A stretch of 64,000 nucleotides of DNA from Paraspadella gotoi. Taxonomy: Eukaryota > Animalia > Chaetognatha. The notes under the pieces are model-generated. The model was not told the DNA's origin, did not search any database, and worked only from the letters and a program-made list of their open reading frames with translations. Position numbers and translations under genes: made by a program. Shown here piece by piece: positions 1 through 13,862 of the stretch. Numbering within the stretch: position 1 is the first letter of the stretch; every line of letters begins with the position of its first letter. The stretch is from NCBI GenBank assembly GCA_051294375.1, contig CM119270.1, positions 16,799,904-16,863,903 on the forward strand, in the 5' to 3' direction.

Positions 1-1160
1 AAGGGTAAGCCAAATAAAAAAAATTACTATTAAATAAGTTAATAAACAAAATTAATTAAATTTAGTCAATATAATAATAATATTATTAAAAAAATTTTAA
101 AAAATTATCAAATAAATATCAATATTAATAGTAATTATGATACTAATCAAAAATTGATCTTAAAATTATCTCAATTATATGATTAAAATCGATTTTATCT
201 TTAAAGTGACTATAAATTATTATGTTCAAACACCACAAAAAAGGGGATTATACTCTATCATTTGATCGCTCTTGTGAGTTTTATTCCGGTCAACTTTTTT
301 TTGTTTTTATGGTTCCAATGTATAGAGCAGACAAAGAAAAACCAAATAGAAGAAGTCGTTAAGAGAGATCTAGTGTGGTTATTGATTTTTGGTAGATCTA
401 TTAATGAAGAAATTTTTTAAAAAGGAGTTATATTTCTTTTTAACAACTTTTTATGACAAATCCAAATCTACAAAAAAATCTTTAAAAAAATGTTTTGAAA
501 TTTTAACATTTATTGGTTTAGTACTAGTATAAATATGGCCTACTGCGTAAATTGTAAAATTTATTATAAATATTTTTATTACATAAATGTTTATTAGTAT
601 AATGTTGTTCGTTCCTCACTTTTAGAATTTTAATTAATGTTAAATTTAGAAATTTTACTACGCGTTAGTGCCCATCAATGGCATGGTTGAATTTCAAAAA
701 AGCAAAAATTTTGCATTTGAATAGGACCTTCCTGTTAAAACATATATTTTTATAAAAAAAATAAAATGTTTGAAAAATTTCGGTTTATCTTACAGGTACA
801 GACCTAGGAGTATGTGCCTGAGAAATCTGAATGTCAAAAACTTATTGACAAGCACAATGACAGCCTTTTTCATTTTATAGTTTTTCTAGTTAAAACTTAT
901 AGAAAATAAAAATTTCAGTGTGAAAAAAATTGCAAGAGAATAATGATCTGGCAAAAGCCTGTTGCCTAACTAAACATTGAATTATATTAATAATAATTTT
1001 TTTTATGTTCCCAAGACATTATAATAACTAATGAATGTAAAAATATTTAAAATAATTGTCTCAATTTTTTTCACAATGAGTTTAAAATTGAATTATCAAA
1101 TAAGAGGGGGAAAATGTTTCAAAACAGCTGCTGGAGGGAAAGCGCACCAGTTGTTATGAT

Positions 1161-2625
1161 TAGGGTTCCGATAACCGTTAATTTTTGAGAAATTTCGCTT
1201 AATCGTTAAAACTAATATTTTTAACGGTTAACCGTTAAAATCGGTTAATTTTATAATTTAACTTATAGCTATAAGTTAAATTATAATGCTGCATTGATGC
1301 TGCAATGCTGATGAAGACTCTAATTGTAGAGTTTGAAACATGTCCTAAAAAATGTCCTAAAAATTCGTTGAAACAAAACAAATAAATGGTTTTCCTCTCT
1401 AAGTTCGAACACAAATGAAATCGAAGTCTATACACAATATATATTTAACTTAAATTTAAAATATTATATTTAATCAAACTAAAGGTTTTATAATATTTTG
1501 CTTTAACCCTTGCTCCTGAATGCTTTTATCTTCTATTTCAGATAGATAGGTACACTTTTAAGTTAGTAAATGAAAAATTGGTTTGAGCATAACTATTTTG
1601 AATCTACCTATGATCAATTTAGCTAATTAGAAAATGCATCGTGATAAATCTACTTACAAAACTTTTTTTGCCTCATAGCATAATAAAAAATAAAAAAAAG
1701 AACAAAGAAAGAAAAACCACAATGTATTCTAATTCTATGTTTTGTTTTTTTCTTTCTCTCTCGATCTCTTTTTATTTCATTATATCTCTTCATTATTTTT
1801 TTAGTTGTTAGTTTCTTGAACGCTTGTTTTCTGTTTTTATTTTTTATAAGCCATAAGCATAAATTTAAATTATGAATAATAATTTTTTATTGAAAGTTTG
1901 ATTGATCGATTGATCCAAAATTTATTGGTTATTAAATATTTTTTTCAGTTTTATTAAAAAATATATCATGATTGAAGGATAGTTTTAGTTAGCCTTAATT
2001 GGCCATTTTAAGATTGTTCCTTCTATTATTATTTTTTTTATTACATTTGGTTTTATTTCATTTGCTTCTTTGTTTGTTTAAAGACGTGAAATAAAAAAAT
2101 TAGCAATAAGATATATTATTTTAAATAAAAATTTAATTTGCAAGAAAATGTATGCAACTATTTGTATGTGCATATATATTATATTTCATATATTCTTTGA
2201 TGTAAATGCATAAAATTAATTGAAAGGAAAACGAAAAAAAAATTGGAGAAATAAGTAAGAAAAAAAAACACTAGAAGGGAAAAAAAAATGAAAAGTTAAA
2301 AAAAGGGAGAAAAAAAGGAGAGAAAAGAAAGGGGAAAAGAGGGAGGGGAAAAGAAAGAAAGAAAAGAAAGGTACAAAAGGAGATTAGTAGAGAGTAAAGA
2401 GAGAGAGAGCGTGAAAAAATATGGTGAGAAAAGGAGAGGAGAATAAGAGAGGAAAAGAAAAAATTATTTTCTTTTAAAAAATCAAAGATTTTATACCAAA
2501 AATAAAAAAATTATATTTAAAAATTACCGAATTTAACCGTTAAAATAAATATAATTAACCGGTTTAGGTTAAAATTATTTTTAACCGTTAATAACCGTTA
2601 ACTGTTAACGGTTATCGTAACCCTA
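1161..2625. mobile_element. Non-autonomous hAT-type DNA transposon (MITE), 1465 bp
   Basis: 21-bp terminal inverted repeats with one mismatch: TAGGGTTCCGATAACCGTTAA at 1161 and the reverse complement of TAGGGTTACGATAACCGTTAA ending at 2625. Perfect 8-bp TSD GTTATGAT at 1153-1160 and 2626-2633. Subterminal TAACCGTTAA-like repeats at both ends. No transposase ORF. Confidence 0.9.
1301..1345 (+). ncRNA. Degenerate minimal hammerhead ribozyme motif inside the MITE
   Basis: CTGATGA-AGACTC-taattgta-GAGTTT-GAAA-CATGTC. Core, stem II and palindromic ACATGT stem III with GUC triplet are present, but stem I does not pair. Confidence 0.6.
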
Positions 2626-3956
2626 GTTATGATGTAACGTATTATCAATTTGCTTTATAAGAACATAAACGTCAGGTTCTTTTCCAACTAATGAAATGGA
2701 TAAATATTAATCACAGTCCATCAGTTAAGAGTTATAACAATTATTTTCATTTCACTCCCATTTGAAATTCGTTTAGTATTAAATAGTTTTATTTCAAGAT
2801 TAAATTGAAACGATATTCAATTAAATTTATATTTGAAGTTGGAGTTGTTATTGATGCTGTTTTAACAATTATTGTCATAATAAGATTGGTGTTTGGTTAA
2901 GAAAAATGAAATAAATTATTAAATTGACTCGATTTTCAGACGATTGGTGTAAGTTCTTTGTCTCTTAATTTTAATCAATGTTGTTTTGAACTGCTTCAAT
3001 CACATAGGTATATTGTAATGGTGTAGGTCTTTTCTATTTAGTGAATTGGTGAACTTTAAGATTATTATAATGAATACATTTTAGAACACATACATTCTTA
3101 ATTTCGTGAAATACTAACAAATAACATCAATGCCTATTGCTACAAAATCTATCACAATAAGAAAAATCTGTAGGCCGGTTAGTGCAGCTGAGTATTGAGT
3201 AATTAGTAAGTAAGCAAGTAAGGGCTATCGTTCAAAAAAAAAATATTCGATTGAAACCAAATAAACTAATTAATCATTAGCAATATTGACCTAGTATATT
3301 GAACCCGTTATGTAACTAGACTTAAATTTAAAGTTTGGCTTTTTTCTAATAATTTAACAAATTAAACATGAATGAGATAAACTTGTTACTTCTCCTCCCT
3401 TTGAGAAGCGGAATATCTTTTGTTCATAAATGTTTTTTTTAATTTTTTTCGTTAGAGGGAATTCTCGTCTATCATTGATGAAGAGAAAAACAAAAAGACA
3501 ATGGCTATATATTTATAGTATTTATGATGCTATAAAGGATATCATTATATCATAATAATAATATTATTATAAAAATTATCCATTCATTTAATAAATAAGC
3601 TCTCTTGCCCCTGACTTTGTACAGGCTTTGGTGATTTATGGCCTCCATCATTCTTACAAGATTATAACATAGCTGGTCCCTGCAAGCTTTCAATCAAGAC
3701 TCTCTCACTGTTGAGTTTATTCACTCACAGAGTATCTGGTTTCCTTATCAATGAAGTGGTATAATATTTCAAATAATGTTTCAATTGTCTGAAAAGACAA
3801 CTCCCTTTAGTGTCACATAGTGGAATACTGAAGAGACAGTAATTATTGATAAGTGTTAATGACAGAACCGTTCAATATAAGCAGTCCCTGAGCTTCGGAT
3901 CAGGCTGTAACACCATGTTACAGGCGGGTTAAGCGCCCCGTCCCTCGTAACTGCCA

Positions 3957-4029
3957 GACGACCACCGGGCTAGAACCCCGGACCTTTGGGTTGGGAGGCG
4001 AATGACTTGCCTCCGGAACCAATGGCCGC
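3957..4029 (-). mobile_element. tRNA(Gly-like)-derived SINE head or tRNA pseudogene
   Basis: 73 nt on minus strand: acceptor stem GCGGCCA/TGGTCGT, T-arm CCGGG-GTTCTAG-CCCGG (B-box-like), loop CT-CCC-AA. The anticodon stem does not pair, so it is not a functional tRNA. GC-rich body continues to about 3880. Confidence 0.6.
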
Positions 4030-5779
4030 TGATGAACGGTTGGTGGATTTTAGTCCACCATAATACAATTATATCATAATATCGTTGATTATTATTAATT
4101 AATTATTTATTATTAATTAATAATCATCAATAATTATTACTTATAACATGATGTGATATTATGAGATTATATAATGCAACTTTGTAAGATTATTCAATAG
4201 AAAATAGTAAGTTATAGTCGTAGAAATAAGGTTTTTTAGATTAAACTTCAGCAGAGAATTGTGAATATGTATATTCGAAATTTGATTTCAAAAAGGAACA
4301 GCATAAGAGATATAGATATACTTATAACTAGTCAATTGGCTCATCACCTTGACTATCCTACTGGATTACCTAATCGGTTAGGCAAAAAGAGATTCGTCAA
4401 TCATAACAAAAAATAATAGTTCGATAAAAATAAAATTGTGAACCGAAGGTCATTTCATCGGCGAATCCGAGATTCCGTTTGACGTCGCGTTACAGCGAAT
4501 CGCGTTTATTGAGAGAGACACCCTGAAAAGAGAGACGATACAGCGGGCGGCGCTAAATCCAACGGAGCGAGAGAAGCGGGAGATGTTTATAGCGAATCTG
4601 ATTAAATTAGATCTTGGTCGAGATTCGCGAGACGACGACGACGACGACGACGACGACGATGGGCGCCTATTGGAGAAAGTAGTGTCGTCTCTCTCGGTCC
4701 CAATGGAAGAAATTTACATTCAGGAATTAAAATGCTTTTGGTTAAGGCCAAGACTGGACGTATTGAAATAATTTAATTTCATCATCGTTTAAAATTGAAA
4801 GAAATCGGAGACTGATTCCCTTGTGTAATATGTGTATGTTATGAATTAATTAAGATTCGTCCAAAAATGAGATTTCGCTTAAACCCCTCAATACGTATTC
4901 AAAAAAAAAAACAAAAAAAAAGACGGAGGTGGGCACATCCACTTGCGTTTCTTCACAATTTACAAATTTGACACGGTATATACGATTTTATGGGAAAATC
5001 TATATGCATTAGATGCTAATTTCTGGGGTATGTAAACGGTGGAATTCCCTCCTAAAAGGATGCACACAAGATTCCGCGCGACACAAAGGGCCGCGTCAAA
5101 ACCAATGAAGAGGCGTTGGACTTCAACCGAGAAGATTCTGTTTTGGTCTCGACCGAAAATTGAGACGAGATTCATTCTTTTGATTCCGAAGAAAATTCCA
5201 TTTTCTTTTTCTTTTCTTAAAAAGATTTTTCTTTTTCTTTTGTTGTTTTGATTGTTATTCGTTTTAAAAAGATTCCTTCGTCGTTTCTTCCTTGGGTCGA
5301 TGGCGTAATTCCACGAGAGAGATTCCATCCGACAAGGATGGAACGGCAATGAGGAAGGAATAAAAATCGGCAATGCGACGCCGTCTATGTGAATTGACTT
5401 AGGGACTTATGTCGGCTGCTCCTACTCGGGGGGGGGGGTCTTCGGCGAGGTTCTTGGAAAAATCATCCACTCGGGTTCCACCTCGGCCTCCTTTTTTTGG
5501 GAAGACGCTGACGCCCTCGGAGTCATCGGTTATCAGGAGAAAGAGACAACGAAAAAAATGAAGATCCAGAAAGAAAAAAAAAAGAAAAAAACAGATGAAA
5601 AACTGAAATGCTGCATAGTGCATAGTGCATAGTGCATAGTGCATGGGTAAAAGAACGAGTGGAATGCATGGAAATTTAATTTTAAAAAATGATTTAATTT
5701 TTTAAAAATCCAAATTTAATATAGCTACCAGAGTCAGCCAATCAGGCTACAAACCATAGCCAATTCACAGCCTCGAAAA

Positions 5780-8700
5780 ATGAACGACATCTTCATGGAT
5801 TCTTCGTTGAGTCGAGATGCTCGTCCAGCGTCGTCGCTGGAAGAAATCGTCAGAGACACAGAGGACTCTCTTCAAAGAGTCAGACTCAAGTTGGGAGCGA
5901 CGAAGGCTTTGGGACGCGGGGGAAGAGGTGAGGAGGGTTGGGAGATGATGATGATGATGACGATGATGATGACGATGTCGTTGAAGATGGATACAAAAAA
6001 ATTGGTTACCGAACAGAAGTTCCGATTTTGTATATTTGTGTTTTTTTTAAAAAATTTATTTAGTAAAATTCTTCTTTTTTAACTTCTTTTAATTAATATT
6101 TTTTTAATAATTTTTTAAAACATAACCTTCTATTTCCCGCTTTACCCAATTTACCTCCACAGTCCCCTCCGCCCTTCATCCCGCCCACGCCCATCCACCG
6201 CAAAGTCTTACTCCGCCCATTTTCTTTCCACGCCGCCAAACGCCCTTCTCCGATCGCGCTTGGGAGCGCCCAAATCCGCCGCGCGGCGCCAAGAGTTCCG
6301 TTTTCGGTTCCAGGAGCGGCGTCCCCGAAACAGGAGCGGCCAAAAGGGCGCCGCGAGAAGGGAAAGTTTTTTCGGCGCGGAGACGATCGATCCGGACAAT
6401 CGGCGGCCGGAAAAGAAGGACGGAAAAGTCCGGTTCAGTTTGGAGGGAAACAGTTGAGTGGGATAAAATGAATATGGGGGAGAAGTTAAAAGGATCGAAA
6501 CGCCGATGGATTGTAAAGAATTTATGACTAATTTATACTAATTATACTAATTTATATAATTGTATTATACTAATTATATAATTATAATTATAATTATACT
6601 AATTATACTAACTTATATAATTTATAATTATACTAATTTATATTTTATTTTTAAAAGTAAGTTAAAATTAGAGAGTTAAATCTTTTAAAAAAACCTATGA
6701 TATTTTAATTAAATAGTTTGAAATGAAAAATACTAAATTTAATCTTAAAAATGAATTTTTTAATTAGTTATAAAACCAACTCGTTTATCATAAGATTCTA
6801 CTGCCCTGTTAACAACCTCTCCCCTTATTTCCTTCCTCGTCCCCCAGAGTCCCGCCTCTTCCCTCCTCTTCATCCTCCCCTCCACCGGAAGTGACGCCCT
6901 CCATGATCGGCGCCATGATGGAGAAGATCGAGAATCAGAACGAGACGATCGCGTTGCTGGGGTCGGCGCTGGAGAAGATGGAGGCGAGGTACTCCAACCA
7001 GGAGGCCAATCTCTCGCATCTGGAGAAGCAGGTGGTCTAAGGGGAACGTTGCAGATGGTTGGAGGCAATGAAGCATTCGATTGCTGGCTTGATGTCAATT
7101 TGCATATTTTTGTTTGTCTGTTTGTCCATTAATTTTGTAGCTGGATACAACAACTTCTCAAACTTTTAACGCCGACTTTTAACCCCTCACCAGGTGGAGT
7201 CCCTCCAATCGCGCCTCGCCGAACGCGGCGTCGACATCTCCACCGAAATCCAAGATGGCGTCGATGCGCGACGCCGTCGCTCGTGAGATGGCGTCGCTGG
7301 AGGCGCGCGTGGAGAGGGCGGCGCTGGACGCCGAGGCTGGCGGCGTCGTCGACGCTAAAATAGGCGCCATCGAGCGGCGAGTGGAGGCAGCGAGGCGGGA
7401 GGCGGAGGAAGAGAAGACCGGCGTCCGGACTGTCGTGCAAACGTGAGGAAACGGATCAAAACTGTAGAAAAATTATTCTTTCATTCAATATTGCTGTATC
7501 TTCCATGTATCTTGACTTTGGGCAGGCAACCGATTAATAAAGTACTATATATGTTTGCTACATTATTTAATCTTACAATTTCGTTCATTCATGTCTTGTG
7601 GTTAAATGATTTCTCTCGATTCGTCCATCCATTCATTCAGTCTACCAATTTATTCATTAACTCGATTCTTTCATTAACTCATTTAATCATTAATTCATCT
7701 ATTTCTTCATTCATTCAGTCATTCATTCATTCATTTATTCATTCATTCATTCATTCATTCATTCATTCATTCATTCATTCATCCCTTCATCCCTTCATTT
7801 CTCCAGTCTTCGTCGCCACATTTCTAACGTCGAGTCCGACGTGACCGAAGTCCTCAAACGACAGAAGAAAATCGAAGCGAAACAAGAGGAGATGGAGATG
7901 ACTTTGCGGGTGGGTCTTGTGGGGTTGAGTTTTGTGGGGTGAGTTTTGTGGGGTGGAGTTTTGTGGGGGGAGAGTCATGCGGAGATGGAGGCTTGTGGAG
8001 ATGGACTCTTGTGGGGGTTGAGTTTTGTGGGGGAAGAGTTTTGTGGAGATGGAGTCTTGTGGAGATGGAGTCTTGTGGAGGTAGAGTTTTGTGGGGGAAG
8101 AGTTTTGTGAGATGGAGGCTTGTGGAGATGGAATCTTGTGGAGGCGGAGTTTTTGTGGGAAGAGTTTTGTGGAGATGGAGGCTTGTGGAGATGAGTCTTG
8201 TGGGGGTTGAGTTTGTGGGGAAGAGTTTTGTGGAGATAGAGGCTTGTGGAGATGGAGTCTTGTGGGGTTGAGTTTTGTGGGGGAAGAGTTTGTGGAGATG
8301 GAGACTTGTGGAGATGGAATCTTGTGGAGGCGGAGTTTTGTGAGGGAAGAGTTTGTGGAGATGGAGTCTTGTGGTGTTGAGTTTTATGCGGGTAGAGTCA
8401 TGTGGAGCTGGAATCTTGTGGCGACGGAGTCTTGTTAGGATTTTATTTCGCACCACTAAGGAGCCTTGTGGTGGGTCTCTCATGACGTTGTTGAGTTGGC
8501 GAATCTTGTGGTTGTGAGCGTTGTGGGCAATGGAATAGTTGGTGGGGAATTGTTTAAAAATAAATATACTACTCGTTTTTTGGGGAAATTGCGGAAATTA
8601 TGAATGTCATAACACCTGTTTGCATGTTGTTGTTAGTAGATCGAAAAACTTTATATAAATGCTAATATTTCTTTTTTACATAATCGAATTTACTGCTTGA

Positions 8701-10260
8701 TTCGGGAACAATTGTTTTACTTATTTAACTACGAACGGGGGAAAAGATGAAGATAAAAAAACCCAGAACATAATCATAAATGATAAAAAGTTTTGATTGG
8801 GTAAATGTAATGCTGGGGGACCGTATAAAACATATCCATCCCGGTTCTTGCAATACACTCTCACCTCCTAAGCTCTCGGTCACTTCCGGGGCTTTATTTG
8901 CAGCTAGAGGTCGGAGACCTGGCCTTTCTTGCGATTTGATTAATTGATTGATTGATTGATTCGAATTCCTCCTTCAGGATTCTTCCCTCGACACCCGCCA
9001 CCGCCTCGAAGAGATGAAGTCTGTCCGGAGGATCTCGACAAGACGGACACCCGCGTCGCCGACTTCGGGCGGCGGACGAAAGAGTTGAGGCGTCGGATGA
9101 AGGAGTTGGAGTCGTCGGGGGGCGAGCAGGGTGGCTCGGGGCGTTGGAAGGAGGAGGAGGAGGAGAAGCGTGGCCGAATGAGATCGGAAGAGGAAGAGAA
9201 GGAAACGAGGGTGAGTTGAGTCGTATTAACTCACCCATTTACATAATTTGGTATTTTAATTAAATATAAGAATTAGTATTTATTACCTTATCGCAACTCT
9301 ATTTTTAGTATTCTTTAGGTAACAAGAAGAATTTGTGCACTGGTTATCTGTCAAAACCAATGTTTGTATTTTGAATTTTCTATTTTATTTATTATTATTA
9401 TAATTATTTATTAAAATAAATCAAATGATTCTGTTTGTGTTGATGTCAAGATAATTGAGTTGACTTTTTTCCCGCAGACGAAAACGATGACGAGGAAGAG
9501 GATTCATCTACCTCCTTCAACGAAAACAAAAACAAAAACAAATCCGAGACGAAAACGACCAAAGAAGCTCGAAATCGGCGGACCTCCTCGTGGACGGGCG
9601 GTTTGGGCGAGGACGGCGATGACGCCGCCTCCGACGCCTCCAGCGACACCCTCTCCCTCGACGCCTCCGTCGCCGCCTTCGTCGCAAAAATGGCCAAAGA
9701 CTCCGCCCGCGTTTGGCGGGAGAGGGCGGGGAACGGCGACGGCGGCGGAGCGCAGCGGCAGCGGCGCTGAGAGCGGCGCGGAAGACGACACTCTGCCCAA
9801 GTCGACGGGAGTTCGAAGGGTGGGTCGCCAAAGGTTGAAGCGGATGGGGGGAGGTTATAGGGAAGTGGGTGGAGATTTTGATGAAAGACATCGAGAGGCG
9901 TATGTATGTTATTATGAAAAGAACTGGAATTAATTGGAGAATCGAGATTTAACTACCTACATAGTTAATTTGTTCAAAGATTATTAAATTTGATTTTGTG
10001 AATCGCATTCCTATTTCTTATATATTTGATATTTAATTAAAATTTAATGCGTCGATTATTTTATGGGTATTTTTAGAATCATTCCGAATCTCTCACTCGC
10101 TCTCTCTCTCTCACTCTCTCGCTCTCTACCAGCTGTGTCCGACGGGAAGGGCCTCACCTTCCATTATCTTCTATAAAATCCAGTTTCTTCCTTTTGTTCC
10201 TGTTTTTTCTCATCGACTATCGATCTCATATTTCCCATGATATGCAAATGATACAGAGAG
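5780..10260 (+). CDS. Multi-exon coiled-coil protein of unknown family, copy 1 (contains apparent 1-bp indels)
   Basis: GC-rich segments bounded by GT/AG at approximately 5780-5927, 6163-6450, 6880-7031, 7194-7442, 7808-7909, 8978-9210, 9478-9820 and 10133 onward. Heptad-rich peptides such as AMMEKIENQNETIALLGSALEKMEARYSNQEANLSHLEKQ, EMASLEARVERAALD and LEEMKSVREDLDKTDTRVADFGRRTKELRRRMKELE. The 3' end is uncertain. Confidence 0.7.
7910..8440. repeat. G/T-rich intronic minisatellite (GGAGATGGAG(T/G)CTTGT and GAGTTTTGTGG units); mirror copy at about 14390-14800
   Basis: Tandem degenerate units of about 15-17 bp starting immediately after the exon ending near 7909. Copy number differs between the two arms. 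Confidence 0.85.
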
Positions 10261-10314
<54 letters not shown>

Positions 10315-10315
<1 letters not shown>

Positions 10316-11135
10316 TTTTGAATTTGAATTTATTGAGATGGGGCTTTAGGCACAAAATAAAACAATAGGCCATAAAAAGCCTACTTTATTACATTTAAGT
10401 CTACGAATTTAGGCATCATCATGAAATCTTTCCAATTTACAATTTATCCATGTATTTTCCCTTTGTAAATAATCCATCCCAACAGCGTTTCGATAGGTGA
10501 AATGTTTGTCTGAATAGTATTAGAATTAATATGATTAATAGCATCGTCAAATAGGTGATTTCCTCGGATAATTCTTTTCAATCTCCGTACAGCAAAGTTT
10601 TTAACATAGTCAGATAATGGTATTTGGCCTGCGGCATCTAATGTGGCAGCAGTAGGAGTATGACTAGGTAAATTTTGAAAAATACGAATGGCTCTTAATT
10701 GTAAGCGATCAAATTTCATCCAGTGATAATTACCAGCAGACAGCAAACAAGGAGATGAGTATAAAAATAGAGAAACTATAAGACTTTGAAATAGTTGATG
10801 AACTAAACGATAATTATTCCCAGTTACAAACGCGAAAGTCTATTGATTGCAAGAATTTTACATTTTGCTTTTTTAAATAAATCATTAACGTGAAATGTCC
10901 AAGTAAGTTTTTTATCAATTATACACCCTAAAAACTTTACGTTGTCACACATTGGAATTTTTCTACCAAATAATGTTAAATTAACGCAAAAGTTAAAAGA
11001 TTAAAACTTCGTGTAATAACTATACAGTTAGATTTATCTGGACAAAGATCTAAAAACCACATTTCGCACCATCTTTCAAGTTTATGAAGTGTCCGTTGGA
11101 GAGCCTTTTCTGCTATATGCGGATCTTTAGATCTT
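10315..11135 (-). mobile_element. 5'-truncated non-LTR retrotransposon (LINE ORF2 3' end)
   Basis: Translation gives LEKWCEMWFLDLCPDKS, VKFLGCIIDKKLTWTFHVN (RT thumb motif) and LYSSPCLLSAG...RLQLRAIRI. It ends in an AATAAA(TTCAAA)2 tail and is flanked by (GA)n. Confidence 0.85.
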
Positions 11136-11600
11136 TAGAGGGAGAGAGAGAGAGAGAGAGTCACCCTTTTATGTAAATGAGATTAATCCAGGGAGATATC
11201 TCTAATTCCCTTCAGAAAGGGAAGAAGATAAAAAACAAAAGGGACACGCTCTTAATGATCTCTCTCTCTCTCTATCAACCTCTCTGTCTTTCTCATTCTC
11301 TTCTCTGTCTCTCAGTCGCCTCTCCTTCCGGGCAGACTAAAAACCGACTTCCCCAGTTTGATCGCATTTTTATCCGTTTTTATAGTCAGAGGTTTGGATT
11401 CTTCAATATTACATANNNNNNNNNNNNNNNNNNNNNNNNNGAGAGAGAATGAGAAAGACAGAGAGGTTGATAGAGAGAGAGAGAATCATAAACTGTCCCT
11501 TTTGTTTTTTTATTCTTCCCTTTCTGAAGGGAATTAGAGATATCTCCCTGGATTAATCTCATTTACATAAAAGGGTGACTCTCTCTCTCTCTCTCTCCCT

Positions 11601-12425
11601 CTAAAGATCTAAAGATCCGCATATAGCAGAAAAGGCTCTCCAACGGACACTTCATAAACTTGAAAGATGGTGCGAAATGTGGTTTTTAGATCTTTGTCCA
11701 GATAAATCTAACTGTCATAGTTATTACACGAAGTTTTAATCTTTTAACTTTTGCGTTAATTTAACATTATTTGGTAGAAAAATTCCAATGTGTGACAACG
11801 TAAAGTTTTTAGGGTGTATAATTGATAAAAAACTTACTTGGACATTTCACGTTAATGATTTATTTAAAAAAGCAAAATGTAAAATTCTTGCAATCAATAG
11901 ACTTTCGCGTTTGTAACTGGGAATAATTATCGTTTAGTTCATCAACTATTTCAAAGTCTTATAGTTTCTCTATTTTTATACTCATCTCCTTGTTTGCTGT
12001 CTGCTGGTAATTATCACTGGATGAAATTTGATCGCTTACAATTAAGAGCCATTCGTATTTTTCAAAATTTACCTAGTCATACTCCTACTGCTGCCACATT
12101 AGATGCCGCAGGCCAAATACCATTATCTGACTATGTTAAAAACTTTGCTGTACGGAGATTGAAAAGAATTATCCGAGGAAATCACCTATTTGACGATGCT
12201 ATTAATCATATTAATTCTAATACTATTCAGACAAACATTTCACCTATCGAAACGCTGTTGGGATGGATTATTTACAAAGGGAAAATACATGGATAAATTG
12301 TAAATTGGAAAGATTTCATGATGATGCCTAAATTCGTAGACTTAAATGTAATAAAGTAGCTTTTTATGGCCTATTGTTTTATTTTGTGCCTAAAGCCCCA
12401 TCTCAATAAATTCAAATTCAAAAAA
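11601..12425 (+). mobile_element. Same truncated LINE in the second arm of the inverted duplication
   Basis: Reverse-complement copy of 10315-11135. ORF 11994-12296 is identical to ORF 10444-10746. Confidence 0.85.
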
Positions 12426-12450
12426 TTCTCTCTCCTCTCTCTCTCTCTTC

Positions 12451-12487
<37 letters not shown>

Positions 12488-12499
12488 ATCTCTCTGTAT

Positions 12500-13815
12500 C
12501 ATTTGCATATCATGGGAAATATGAGATCGATAGTCGATGAGAAAAAACAGGAACAAAAGGAAGAAACTGGATTTTATAGAAGATAATGGAAGGTGAGCCC
12601 CTTCCCGTCGGACACAGCTGGTAGAGAGCGAGAGAGTGAGAGAGAGAGAGCGAGTGAGAGATTCGGAATGATTCTAAAAATACCCATAAAATAATCGACG
12701 CATTAAATTTTAATTAACTATCAAATATATAAGAATATAGGAATGCGATTCACAAAATCAAATTTAATAATCTTTGAACAAATTAACTATGTAAGTAGTT
12801 AAATCTCGATTCTCCAATTAATTCCAGTTCTTTTCATAATAACATACATACACCTCTCGATGTCTTTCATCAAAATCTCCACCCACTTCCCTATAACCTC
12901 CCCCCATCCGCTTCAACCTTTGGCGACCCACCCTTCGAACTCCCCGTCGACTTGGGCAGAGTGTCGTCTTCCGCGCCGCTCTCAGCGCCGCTGCCGCTCC
13001 CGCCGCCGCCGCCCTTCCCCGCCCTCTCCCGCCAAACGCGGGCGGAGTCTTTGGCCATTTTTGCGACGAAGGCGGCGACGGAGGCGTCGAGGGAGAGGGT
13101 GTCGCTAGAGGCGTCGGAGGCGGCGTCATCGGCGTCCTCGCCCAAACCGCCCGTCCACGAGGAGGTCCGCCGATTTCGAGCTTCTTTGGTCGTTTTCGTC
13201 TCGGATTTGTTTTTGTTTTTGTTTTCGTTGAAGGAGGAGGAAGATGAATCCTCTTCCTCTTCATCGTTTTCGTCTGCGGGAAAAAAAGTCAACTCAATTA
13301 TCTTGACATCAACACAAACGGAATCATTTGATTTATTTTAATAAATAATTATAATAATAATAATAATAAATAAAATAGAAAATTCAAAATACAAACATTG
13401 GTTTTGACAGATAACCTGTACACAAATTTCTTTTTGTTACCTAAAGAATACTAAAAATAGAGTTGCGATAAGGTAATAAATACTAATTCTTATATTTAAT
13501 TAAAATACCAAATTATGTAAATGGCGGAAGAATATCGATGAGTTAATAATACGACTCAACTCACCCTCGTTTCCTTCTCTTCCTCTTCCGATCTCATTCG
13601 GCCACGCTTCTCCTCCTCCTCCTCCTTCCAACGCCCCGAGCCACCCCTGCTCGCCCCCCGACGACTCCAACTCCTTCATCCGACGCCTCAACTCTTTCGT
13701 CCGCCGCCCGAAGTCGGCGACGCGGGTGTCCGTCTTGTCGAGATCCTCCCGGACAGACTTCATCTCTTCGAGGCGGTGGCGGGTGTCGAGGGAAGAATCC
13801 TGAAGGAGGAATACG

Positions 13816-13862
<47 letters not shown>

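Noticed and set aside
3957-4029. Functional tRNA-Gly gene
   Set aside because: The anticodon stem does not pair and the D-arm is irregular, so it is treated as a SINE head or pseudogene.
4400-5650. ORFs 4583-4771, 4960-5373, 5039-5251 and 5399-5644
   Set aside because: Low-complexity, no recognisable domain and no consistent splice chain.
7854-8483. Long repetitive ORFs here and at 14378-14868
   Set aside because: They are translations of an intronic minisatellite whose unit number differs between the two arms.
5780-10260. Assigning a centrosomal gene name such as CEP128 to the coiled-coil gene
   Set aside because: Only generic coiled-coil similarity. A BLASTp or HHpred search would be needed.
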